Positions 42,180 through 51,882 of a DNA stretch of 64,000 nucleotides are shown here, one piece after another (the stretch's first letter is position 1; the number at the start of each line of letters is the position of its first letter). The notes beneath the pieces were generated by a model. It was not told where the DNA came from. It did no database searches and was given only the letters and a program-made list of their open reading frames with translations. Where the stretch lies: NCBI RefSeq assembly GCF_964204645.1, contig NC_134027.1, positions 18,500,560 to 18,564,559 of the forward strand, read 5' to 3'. Position numbers and translations under genes: made by a program. The stretch is from Tubulanus polymorphus (lineage: Eukaryota; Animalia; Nemertea).

Positions 42180-42584
42180 TCTTAATATGCCCCAGCGCCG
42201 TAGCGCTGTCGCAAAAATGATTTCATTCAGTAGGAGTACAGGGGCGGACCCAGAGGGCAAACTTGATTGCCTTCTTAGATTTAATAGGGCATATTATTGT
42301 AATCATAAGAGAAATTGTCTGCACTTGTATCAGCGAGCCACGCAGCGGCGACGCCCAATTCCATCGGTAAACCACCACTTTGTTTTTGAAAGCATGCCAG
42401 AGGCAATCATTTTTTTCTCAGAGTTTAAAAAAAAATCATATACTTTGATAGTTGAAGGGCATTTAAAAATGTTGACTGCCTACAATAGACGTTCCTACAC
42501 CGACCAGTCGTATGGCTAGCGCATACTCTCTATTTCTCTGTCAACATGGTACAACTTACCAACATGACCAAACCGCCTGGTGTC

Positions 42585-43474
42585 AGTAATAGGGGTAATG
42601 GGCTTTCAAGCCAAAGGTCGAACGGTCGAGCTCATTAAAAAACAAAACATTAAAAGTAATTTAAAACTATAATATATTTTCATAACCGTGTGTATTTTAT
42701 ATTATAACTAAATATTTATTCTAAGATATCAATAATTTGAATTTTAAATGCATATTGTATTAAATCAATTGGTCGCTCCGCTCCGCGACCGCTCCGCTCC
42801 GCGACCAATTGATTTATTTACAATACACAAATTCATATAATCAAATATATTTTAATAATAATTATTATTCTATTATTCAACTGAAATACACACGGTTATG
42901 AAAATATATTATAGTTTTAAATTACTTTTAATATTTGTTTTTAATGAACTCGACCATTCAACCTTTAACCTGAAAGCCCATTACCCCTATTACTCTTAAA
43001 ATAATCATATAAATGAATAACATTTAAATTGACAGATTATTCAATATAAAAGTATATATTTACAACATTATTTCAATATTCATATTTGTGTGAGTTAGAT
43101 TTTTAAACATTAAAAGTGTTAGTAAAGTGTGATTGAAATAATACATGATATAAATCATTGAACTTCTAAAATCAATTTTAAAAAAAAAATTATTTAGTAT
43201 TAAAATGGAAGCAAGTAAGTACTACTGTCCAACATGTAATATCAATATAGATAAATCCCAAAAAGCAAGACACAATAAAACTAAAACACATTTAGAGAAT
43301 AAATTGAAATTAGAATATGAAGATGATATATTAGAAACTAAATTAGATGAATTAAAGAATTAAAAAGAAACATACAAATGTGATACATGTAATCAATCAT
43401 TCAGTGATAAAAGATATTATAAAGAACATTTAAAATCTAAAAGTCATATTAGAAATATGAATAATGATATTTTA
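42585..43474 (+). repeat. Left TIR (~890 bp)
   Basis: Reverse complement of 59652-60535 with a handful of substitutions and indels. Confidence 0.95.
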
Positions 43475-43559
43475 AGGAATGAAAAAGGATGACGTTAGTC
43501 GAAGAAATGGAAGAGGATTCTAAAATGTTAATCAATTTTAATAAAAATATATATTATAA

Positions 43560-44342
43560 ATGGAGGAACAATCACAAGCTATAAATATAAACAATAATGG
43601 TGTAATAAATATATGCTATAAGAAATGTAATAAGTGTGAATTGAATAAATCATTAACAGAATTTCAAAAAAATAAAACTAAAAAAGATGGCAAACAAACA
43701 TATTGCAAAAGCTGTACTACACTATACAATAACAAATTTCTTGAAAATAATCCAAATTATTCAACACAATATTATATGGATAATATTGAAAAATTCAAAG
43801 TTAGAAATAAACAATGGAGAGAAAATCACTCAGATTATATAACAGAATATATGAGAGAATGGAGGGATAATAATGGAGAATATTATAAAGCGTATCAAAA
43901 TAATTATAAGAAAGAAAGATATCAAACAGATTTTAATTACAAATTGAAAAAATGTTTAAGATCTAAAGTATCAAAATTATTCAGTAAAGAAAACCACTCA
44001 GTTACACTAGCACATTTATTGGATTGTTCAGATAAATTTTTCAAATCATGGATAATATATCAATTCGATGATAAACTGAATATAAATAATTATGGCAATT
44101 ATTTTCATATTGATCATGTGTTACCAATATCTAAATTTGACATGAATGATGAATATGATAAAAAGTTAATTTGGAATTGGAAAAACCTGAGACCTCTTGA
44201 AAAGAAGGAAAATATGATTAAACATGACAAACTAGATTTACAGTTATATTTAGAACAGTTAATAAAAGTAAAGAAATTCATTGAATTATGGAACAATAAT
44301 CCAAATAATGAACAATATGTTGAATCTTTATTGAGTGGTTAA
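43560..44342 (+). CDS. HNH endonuclease with N-terminal CxxC..CxxC zinc ribbon, 260 aa, intact
   Basis: KCNKC..EF.KN..KDG..YCKSC; HIDHVLPIS...WNWKNLRPLEKKENMIK. Confidence 0.85.
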   Translation: MEEQSQAININNNGVINICYKKCNKCELNKSLTEFQKNKTKKDGKQTYCKSCTTLYNNKFLENNPNYSTQYYMDNIEKFKVRNKQWRENHSDYITEYMREWRDNNGEYYKAYQNNYKKERYQTDFNYKLKKCLRSKVSKLFSKENHSVTLAHLLDCSDKFFKSWIIYQFDDKLNINNYGNYFHIDHVLPISKFDMNDEYDKKLIWNWKNLRPLEKKENMIKHDKLDLQLYLEQLIKVKKFIELWNNNPNNEQYVESLLSG

Positions 44343-44601
44343 AGATTAATATATCTCAAATAAAATATAATGAAAATTACATACCTTCAACTAGCCATTA
44401 TTTCTATTTTAATTTTTAATATTTTCTTTTACAATTCTTTTCAAAAGAGAATAATTTATATCACAAATAAAAAATACTAAAAAAAACAATAACTAATACT
44501 AAAATTCTTTACCTTTAACTAAGCTAGTATGAATCTAAAGAGATACTGGTATCATTTTATAATACTTATAATATTTTTCTTATTAAATTTCTCTAATATA
44601 A

Positions 44602-45204
44602 ATGTCAAAGAAATCTAATAAGAATAGTATTGATATTGAAAAAACATTAGATGATTTGGGTATAAGTGATAATAAAGATACAGTTGTAACTAATTGTGCT
44701 CAAGTTAATTGTAATATAGATTATGAATACTATTTATATTGTAAGCATCATCTAGAACTATTGATTGCCGGTGGAAAAACTAAAGAGTTTTTAAATAGAA
44801 TTATTACTTTTCAAGAATTAGATGCTATGAAACCCGATAAAGTAATAAAATATTTTAAGATTTATGAAGAGGCAAGATTGGCCCGAATAAATGATTCTAT
44901 TTCAGATGGTATTGTCAAATGTTATTCTAAGTTATGTAACCAGTTAATACCAATTGATGATGAAAATAAATTATATAGTGATTTGAAAAATGACTATTTA
45001 GTTATGACTGAATTACAAAAATGGGTTGGATATGCTTCATTTCAATTAGGATCGGTTATGACATTAATTTCTACTGGCGTCATAACATTTTCGAACATCA
45101 AACCTATGGAATATAAATCAGGTAAGAACGAAACAGATGTACTACAACCAAACAGTGAAACAGAAAATGAATCAGAACAAAAATTAACTAAAATAAATGA
45201 GTGA
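44602..45204 (+). CDS. Polinton hypothetical protein, 200 aa, hydrophobic segment near the C-terminus
   Basis: Intact ORF; TAAATG start; GYASFQLGSVMTLISTGVITF. Confidence 0.8.
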   Translation: MSKKSNKNSIDIEKTLDDLGISDNKDTVVTNCAQVNCNIDYEYYLYCKHHLELLIAGGKTKEFLNRIITFQELDAMKPDKVIKYFKIYEEARLARINDSISDGIVKCYSKLCNQLIPIDDENKLYSDLKNDYLVMTELQKWVGYASFQLGSVMTLISTGVITFSNIKPMEYKSGKNETDVLQPNSETENESEQKLTKINE

Positions 45205-45557
45205 TGGAGTTAAGAAAAAGGCTAGATCCGAGAAACAAATTAAATGGGCAAGAGAATTAGGTAAAAGATCTTCAGAATTAAAAAAAAGCTAAGAAAAAGA
45301 AATTAACTGATATAAATGAATCACCTGATATTGATTCAAATAATAATCCATCTAATTCTTCTAATGCTGGAAGTAATTATAAATTATATATTACAATTGG
45401 ATTAGTAACAGTTATTATATTATCCGGTGTAATATATAAATCAAAATTCAAATCTGATGATAAAGATGATTCCAATGACAATAAACCTATCATACCAGAA
45501 AATAAGTCAAATCATAAAGTCATTGAAACTAAATCTAAATTATTATTAATGGATTAA
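45197..45557 (+). pseudogene. Small basic membrane protein (~119 aa), +1 frameshift in an A-run at ~45280; missed by the ORF track
   Basis: MSDGVKKKARSEKQIKWARELGKRSSELKK/AKKKKLTD...YKLYITIGLVTVIILSGVIYKSK...LLLMD*; TAAATG start; fills the gap between neighbouring genes. Confidence 0.75.
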
Positions 45558-45563
45558 AAGAAG

Positions 45564-46682
45564 ATGAAAAAAGAACAATATTTAAGAGATTTATATTATA
45601 ACCCAGAAAGTGAAGTATCATATTCTAACGTTTCAGAATTATGGAATAAAATTAAATCTGATAATGAAAATGGTGCCGTACGGCACCCACACGGTGATAT
45701 AAAATATAGTGAATTGAAATCATGGTTACAAAATCAACCAACATATCAAATCCACAAGAAAATGGATAAAACTTATTTAACAAGAAAAGTTATGGTTTCA
45801 TATATTGATCAACAATGGCAAGCAGATTTAATTGACATGAAGAACTTAGAGGAATACAACAAAGGATATTTCTGGATACTGAATGTTATAGACATATTCA
45901 GTAGATACGCATGGTCAGTAGATACGCAATCAAAAATAAAACTGGTATAGAAGTAACAAATGCTTTTAAAAATATATTTGAAGAAGCTATTCCAGTTAAG
46001 ATACAATTTGATGAAGGTAAGGAATTTTATAACAAACATTTTAAAAAACTATTATCTGATAACGATGTAGATTATTTTTCAACACACTCAGATAAAAAAA
46101 GCATCTATTATAGAAAGATTTAATGAAACATTGAAAACTAGAATGTGGAAATATTTTACTGCTAATGAAACATATAAATATTTCGATGTATTAGATGATT
46201 TAGTGAAAGGTTATAATAATTCTAAACATAGTTCTATAAATATGAAACCTATACAAGCTAGAAAAGAAGATAATTCAGAAATAGTATGGAATAATTTATA
46301 TGGAGCGTTTGTTACACATGATTTCGGTGAACCTAAATTTAAAATAGGACAACACGTAAGAATATCTAAATATAGAAAAACCTTTTATAAAGGTTATACT
46401 CCAAATTTTACTGAAGAAATATTCAAGATTAAAAAGATAATATTAACTAAACCATTTGTTTATAAACTAGAAGATCTAAAAGATGAAGAAATATTAGGTT
46501 ATTTCTATGAACAAGAATTATCACTTGTACCAAATCCAGATGAAATAGAATACAAAATAGAAAAAGTATTGAAAACAAAAACTCTTAAAGGAAAAAAGTA
46601 TTCTTTGGTGAAATATAAAGGATATGATGATAAATTTAATGAATGGATTTTATCTAGTAAAATTAAAAAAATAAATGAATAA
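45564..46682 (+). pseudogene. Retroviral-like (RVE) integrase with C-terminal chromodomain; two frameshifts (~45920, ~46100)
   Basis: QQWQADLIDM, VIDIFSRYAW, IQFDEGKEF, ASIIERFN (DDE triad); YKIEKVLK..LVKYKGYDDKFNEWI. Confidence 0.95.
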
Positions 46683-47286
46683 AGATTTATTTATATTTGA
46701 ACCTCATAATATGTTAGTTACTGGAGTAACCAATTGTGGTAAAACACATTTCATATTAGATTTGTTAGAAACTATTTATAAGAATCATTTTGATAATATA
46801 ATATTATTCTGCCCCACTTATGAAATGAATAAAACATGTAATAGAGACATAGTTAAGATGAAAAAGTTTATTAAATTAGATCCTAAAACAGTAAAAGAAA
46901 ATTTAGATAATTGTATAAAAATAGCAATTGATACTTATAAAGGATCAAATACATTATTCATTGTAGATGATTGCGCAAATTTACATGATTCAAAAGTTAG
47001 AGAAAGTGAGTTATGTTATCTAGCTTTCTCTGGAAGACATTTCGGGATAACAACATGGGTTTTAAATCAAAAATATAATTCAATTGTTAAAGACTTTAGG
47101 GAGAATATAAGATTTCTAGTTTTATTGCACAATAAAGATAGAAAATCTATGCAACAATCATTGGAAGAAAATCAAATTATACCAACTGAATTACATGATG
47201 AATATATGAATAAATTAAAGAATAATAAAGGTTCAAAATTATTACTGAGACTACAATTTCCCTATGAATATAAATTTATAAAATAA
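46675..47286 (+). CDS. A32/FtsK-like genome-packaging ATPase, 203 aa, intact
   Basis: Walker A GVTNCGKT, Walker B FIVDD, SGRH motif, downstream LNQ..FREN. Confidence 0.93.
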   Translation: MNKDLFIFEPHNMLVTGVTNCGKTHFILDLLETIYKNHFDNIILFCPTYEMNKTCNRDIVKMKKFIKLDPKTVKENLDNCIKIAIDTYKGSNTLFIVDDCANLHDSKVRESELCYLAFSGRHFGITTWVLNQKYNSIVKDFRENIRFLVLLHNKDRKSMQQSLEENQIIPTELHDEYMNKLKNNKGSKLLLRLQFPYEYKFIK

Positions 47287-47310
47287 AATTTATAATTTGG
47301 AATATTATAG

Positions 47311-47678
47311 AAACTAATTTATATATCTATGTACTAGACGTACGAGTAAGAAAGTAAGATTCTTGCCAAGAAAGTAAGAATCTTGGTAAGAATTCTTACG
47401 TACGTCTAGTATATAGATATATAAATTAGTTTTATAATAATTATTCTAAATTTAAATTATGAAAATGAATAAATTATATGTTTTTTCTTAATAATAATAA
47501 AAATAGATTATATAATAACTATTTCTATACTTAGATTGATAATTTTATGTTTTTAATTTTTATGAAAACTATTATATATATATATATATATATCTATGTA
47601 CTAGACGTACGAGTAAGAAAGTAAGATTTTTTTGGATTCTTGGATTCTTGGATTCTTACTCGTACGTCTAGTATATAG
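47311..47678. terminator. Two related long hairpins between the convergent gene blocks (47311-47432, 47594-47678); putative terminators
   Basis: 34-bp and 26-bp stems, each with one G-T mismatch, sharing the core CTATGTACTAGACGTACG/CGTACGTCTAGTATATAG; function inferred from position. Confidence 0.5.
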
Positions 47679-47702
47679 TTATTTAAATTAGTTTTATAAT
47701 AA

Positions 47703-48911
47703 TTATTCTAATTTTGTTTCTAATACATTTATAAAATCATCTCTGTTTATATCTAATTCACCAAAACTCTTAGGTAGATTTATTAATTTTAATTGAGCCA
47801 TCTTAACATAATTATTAGTAGGTAAATTAGCTTTTTCTCTTAATTTTTCTAAGTATTCATCAAAATCAGCATAATCAAAATCAAAATGATGTCCAAAATT
47901 ATTTATCAGATAACTTAAATCTATTTTTCTTAAATACAATAATTTATATATTTGTTTAGGATTATCTTCTGCATAAGCTAATAATTTATCAAATAACAAC
48001 TTATAGAATATATAATATTGGTTAGTTTTAGGATTAAAATATTTGATATATTTATTTTGGTTATTTAACAATGGTATCATACTCACCATTTTATAAACAT
48101 TAATTAGATGTAACTTTGATTTATAATGAGTATTTTCATCAACAGGTTCAATTTTCTTATTACAATATTGGCACATTTTATTTCTTTCTATTTCTTCTAA
48201 TTTCTTTTCATGTTCTTCTAACTTCCTTTCATTTTCGATATGCGCTTGAGATTTTTTATGTTTAGAAAAATTACTTTTAGAAATATCTAAATCACAAATG
48301 TTACAATGTTTTTTAGAATCATCAATTTTTTCATTATCATTAGTTTCAATTGTATCAACATTATCTGTTATATTATCTATGGTATCATTTGTTTCAATTG
48401 TATTAACATTATCTATGATATTATCTATTATATTATTATCAGATATATTATTATCATTATTTTTCTTTTCTTTTTCTATATGTTTATTTGATTTCTTATG
48501 TGATGCCCAATTTCTATATGATATATATTTCTTACATACATCACAATATTTTTCATTTGTCTTTTTGGTTTTGATATCAGGTTCAATCTTATCATTATTA
48601 GATGTAGTAGGTATTACATTATTAGATGTAGAAGGTATTACATTATTAGATGTAGAAGGTATTACATTATTAGATGTAGTAGGTATTACATTATTAGATG
48701 TAGTAGGTATTACATTATTATCAATTACATTACTTAAATTATCAACAACACCACTTTTATTATTATTGATTTCTATTAGTTTAGTTTTATAAATTTTGAA
48801 AATAGGATCAAATATCAAAGCTATATTACAAGGTATTACATAATATAAACCATCATTATTTTCATGTGTATCGATGTATGGAATATGTTTATATACTTTA
48901 CCTCCTTCCAT
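47703..48911 (-). CDS. Protein with three matrin/U1-type C2H2 zinc fingers and a 5x NNVIP(T/S)TS repeat, 402 aa
   Basis: YCDVCKKY..SHKKSNKH, HCNICDLD..KHKKSQAH, MCQYCNKK..THYKSKLH; 24-bp tandem repeat at ~48595-48735. Confidence 0.85.
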   Translation of the reverse strand: MEGGKVYKHIPYIDTHENNDGLYYVIPCNIALIFDPIFKIYKTKLIEINNNKSGVVDNLSNVIDNNVIPTTSNNVIPTTSNNVIPSTSNNVIPSTSNNVIPTTSNNDKIEPDIKTKKTNEKYCDVCKKYISYRNWASHKKSNKHIEKEKKNNDNNISDNNIIDNIIDNVNTIETNDTIDNITDNVDTIETNDNEKIDDSKKHCNICDLDISKSNFSKHKKSQAHIENERKLEEHEKKLEEIERNKMCQYCNKKIEPVDENTHYKSKLHLINVYKMVSMIPLLNNQNKYIKYFNPKTNQYYIFYKLLFDKLLAYAEDNPKQIYKLLYLRKIDLSYLINNFGHHFDFDYADFDEYLEKLREKANLPTNNYVKMAQLKLINLPKSFGELDINRDDFINVLETKLE

Positions 48912-48941
48912 TTATTATATAAATTTTTATTATAGTTAAAA

Positions 48942-50189
48942 TTAATACATAACACTATTTAATTGAGAATTTACAATATATAATTGCGCGTCAGATATAA
49001 TATAAATGTGCATTTTAAAATTTTTGATTCCTTTATTCTTTGTCATGAATAATTGTATTCCATCTTTAGTGTTTTGTAATTTTTTTCCAGAACCGTGTAA
49101 TGAATTATCCTCTGTTGTTCTAAAATCTAACCATAATGCATATTTATTACCGGTATAATAATCAATTTGATTAATATTACAATTTTCAGATGATTTTACT
49201 TTTTCATTCATAAAATGTTTTCTAATTTCTGGCCATTGATCAATCATTCTCATTCCTTGACAAAATATTTTATTTGCTATTCCTTCGATAGTTATTTCTA
49301 CTTTTGTTATTTCAGGATTATAATAATTATCAACATTTATTGCGCCATTAGTATATGTTGCAATGGTAAAAAATATTAATATACCTTTAATAGATCTTCT
49401 TGGGAAGTTAATATTCTCATTAATTATTTCATCATTTGCATTAATAGTTACGGTTTTAAATTTATCAATATAATCATATAATAATGAAAATCCTTGATTG
49501 TATTTAGTTTGAATTATACTTGAAATATTTTCATCAGTTACTGTATCATATTCTAAACATATATTCGATAATTTATAACTCATATCTTTATTAACGCTAG
49601 ATATTACAATTTCATTAACAGGAGCAAATGTTATTTCGAATATAACGTCTTCTTGAATTGCGTATTTATATAAAGGTGCATTGTTATTTATCAATTCAAA
49701 GTCTAATGGAATTTTATATTTGCTTCCATATATACTTTTTATCAATTTATCTACAGCATTAGTTAATATTGCATTATGTGCTTCTGATCTTAATTCATTT
49801 TGGTTTTCTGATTGGATACCTTGAAATATCATATTATTTCTGTTTTCTTTAGTTAACCATAAATCTTTATAATGCATAAATAAATTATAATCATCTAATG
49901 AGAAAACTGTTTCTGGACCAATCTTTATTGTTAATTTTTTAATCAAATATCTTCCAACATTATCAACAACATAATTATTATTATTACCGGTTACTTTTAT
50001 ATCGGCTGATAAATAAATACTATTTGGAACATAAAAAGTATTTTGTGTTAATCGAGGAATTCTAACATATAAAGTTTCATCGGGATTAATATTAGAAGGG
50101 TTATGAGTAATTATATGATGTGATCTTTCTGCTTTGATAGCATTAGATATTCTATGATTCTTAGAAGGATTGATATAACTCCCACTCAT
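48942..50189 (-). CDS. Putative double jelly-roll major capsid protein, 415 aa, intact
   Basis: Size, beta-strand-rich pattern (LYVRIP..FYVPNSIYLSADIKV, LIKKLTIKIG, YKIPLDF, LSNICLEYD, YALWLDFRT..HGSG) and position in the structural block; fold not computed. Confidence 0.8.
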   Translation of the reverse strand: MSGSYINPSKNHRISNAIKAERSHHIITHNPSNINPDETLYVRIPRLTQNTFYVPNSIYLSADIKVTGNNNNYVVDNVGRYLIKKLTIKIGPETVFSLDDYNLFMHYKDLWLTKENRNNMIFQGIQSENQNELRSEAHNAILTNAVDKLIKSIYGSKYKIPLDFELINNNAPLYKYAIQEDVIFEITFAPVNEIVISSVNKDMSYKLSNICLEYDTVTDENISSIIQTKYNQGFSLLYDYIDKFKTVTINANDEIINENINFPRRSIKGILIFFTIATYTNGAINVDNYYNPEITKVEITIEGIANKIFCQGMRMIDQWPEIRKHFMNEKVKSSENCNINQIDYYTGNKYALWLDFRTTEDNSLHGSGKKLQNTKDGIQLFMTKNKGIKNFKMHIYIISDAQLYIVNSQLNSVMY

Positions 50190-50209
50190 TTATTTAACAA
50201 AAAAATTAA

Positions 50210-51867
50210 TTATTTATTTTTTATCATGTTTACTAACCCAAAAATAATTGCACTTACAACTGTAATTAAAAATAAAATAATATGTTCAGCAGCAAACTTA
50301 ATAATGTTTCCTGCAGATTTCAATATAAAACCAACAATTGATGCAATAAATCCTGGCAATGCACAGATTTTTTAGATAGTTCCCATAAATATTTTGCTAA
50401 TTTCTTTAAACCATCCTTAACTTTATCTTGTATAGAATTATTATCTGGGGGTTTATCTGGTTTATTTGGAGTAGGAGTAGATTTCAAAGCATTTGATATT
50501 GCTAAACCTATTGTTGTAAATAACATAGTTACAGCTGTTAGAATTGAAAGAATTGTTATTCCTTCTAACTTAAATAATAATCTTATTCTATCTTTTAGTG
50601 ATATGTCAGAATTTGTTTTTATCAACAAATCTTTAAAAACAACTTTTAATTTTTTAATATGATTAAGATCATATGATTTTAATAATGTATCTCTTTCTTT
50701 TTTCTGTAATTCTTTGTTATATTTTAAATCATCTATTTCTTTTTCTAAAGCTAACTTTCTGCTTTCATAATCAGCTTCCTCTATTACTTGAAGATTTTTA
50801 TTTAATTCTAATTGTTTTAATTCTTCATTTGCATTAGCTAATTCTTTTTCTAACATGGTTATTTTAGAAAATCTCATCTTAATATTAGCAATTTCACCAG
50901 CTGATATTTGTACCCCTTTAATTTCTCTACGTGCTTTTTCAGGAAATTGTTTTAATTCTTCATCAGTTAAATCAAGTAATCCTTTTTCTAGTAAAGATTG
51001 TATTCGATTTATTCCAGTACTATTCATCTCTTCTTCTGAATCTCTTAATCTATCAATTTGTTTTTCTAATACTAATTGTAATTGACTTGAATCATTATCA
51101 ATTGGTTGAGTGTCTCTTCTCGATGTTTCGGGTGTTGAAGATCTTAATTTATCTAATCGATCTCTATGATCTTCCATTTCTGGATCAACATCATTAGGAT
51201 TTAAATTTGGATTTTTAAATGGTGAATATTTGTTAATATCAAATTTAGGAATTGGTTCTTCTTCATCTATTCTATCGAGTGCATTCCATATAATTCTGAG
51301 AAATTCTGTGCCACCTTTTGAATGTTCAATTGAAGATCTTGCTAACATTTTAGGTTCAAAAATATTTTCTTGACCAATTCTAGATAATTGTATTGATACA
51401 GTTTTGTTATTTAATTCAACATTATAATACCATGAATCATTTTTGAATTCTAAATTATTCATGAAAAATGGGTCATCATTTATAATTTGTTTTACAATTT
51501 CTTCTGAACCAATTTCATCTATTACATCTTTTGATATTAATTCGTTAACAATTGTATATATTACTCTATTTTTCATTAATTTTAATTGAGATTTCATAAG
51601 AGGATCAGTTGTATTTACTAATCTTTTCATTAAATCCTTTCTAGATGTTGCGGTTCTAATAACTAACCTTTCGGAAGCTGTCATATATTCTTTAAATTCT
51701 TTACGCGTTTCATAATCATAATCATCATCTTCACCTAAATTAGAATTACGTCCTGGCTCATTACCATCATCAAAACTTGTTTCACTAAAATCAGGTGGTT
51801 GTTCATCAGTTATGCCAGGTTCATCTAAAGTATCCATTGGAAAATCTTCTCCACCTTTTACATCCAT
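50210..51867 (-). pseudogene. Large acidic/coiled-coil protein with C-terminal membrane segments (~552 aa); frameshift at ~50365
   Basis: ORF 50320-51867 continues in another frame as ALPGFIASIVGFILKSAGNIIKFAAEHIILFLITVVSAIIFGLVNMIKNK*; also GITILSILTAVTMLFTTIGLAI. Confidence 0.8.
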
Positions 51868-51882
51868 TTACATAACAAAAAA

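Noticed and set aside
111-42519. Most short ORFs in the supplied track outside the Polinton
   Set aside because: No recognisable motifs, many non-ATG starts, and many lie in repeats; real host coding sequence was recovered only by splicing
48298-48792. 164-aa hydrophobic plus-strand ORF and other antisense ORFs in the Polinton
   Set aside because: Shadows of the minus-strand genes and their repeats
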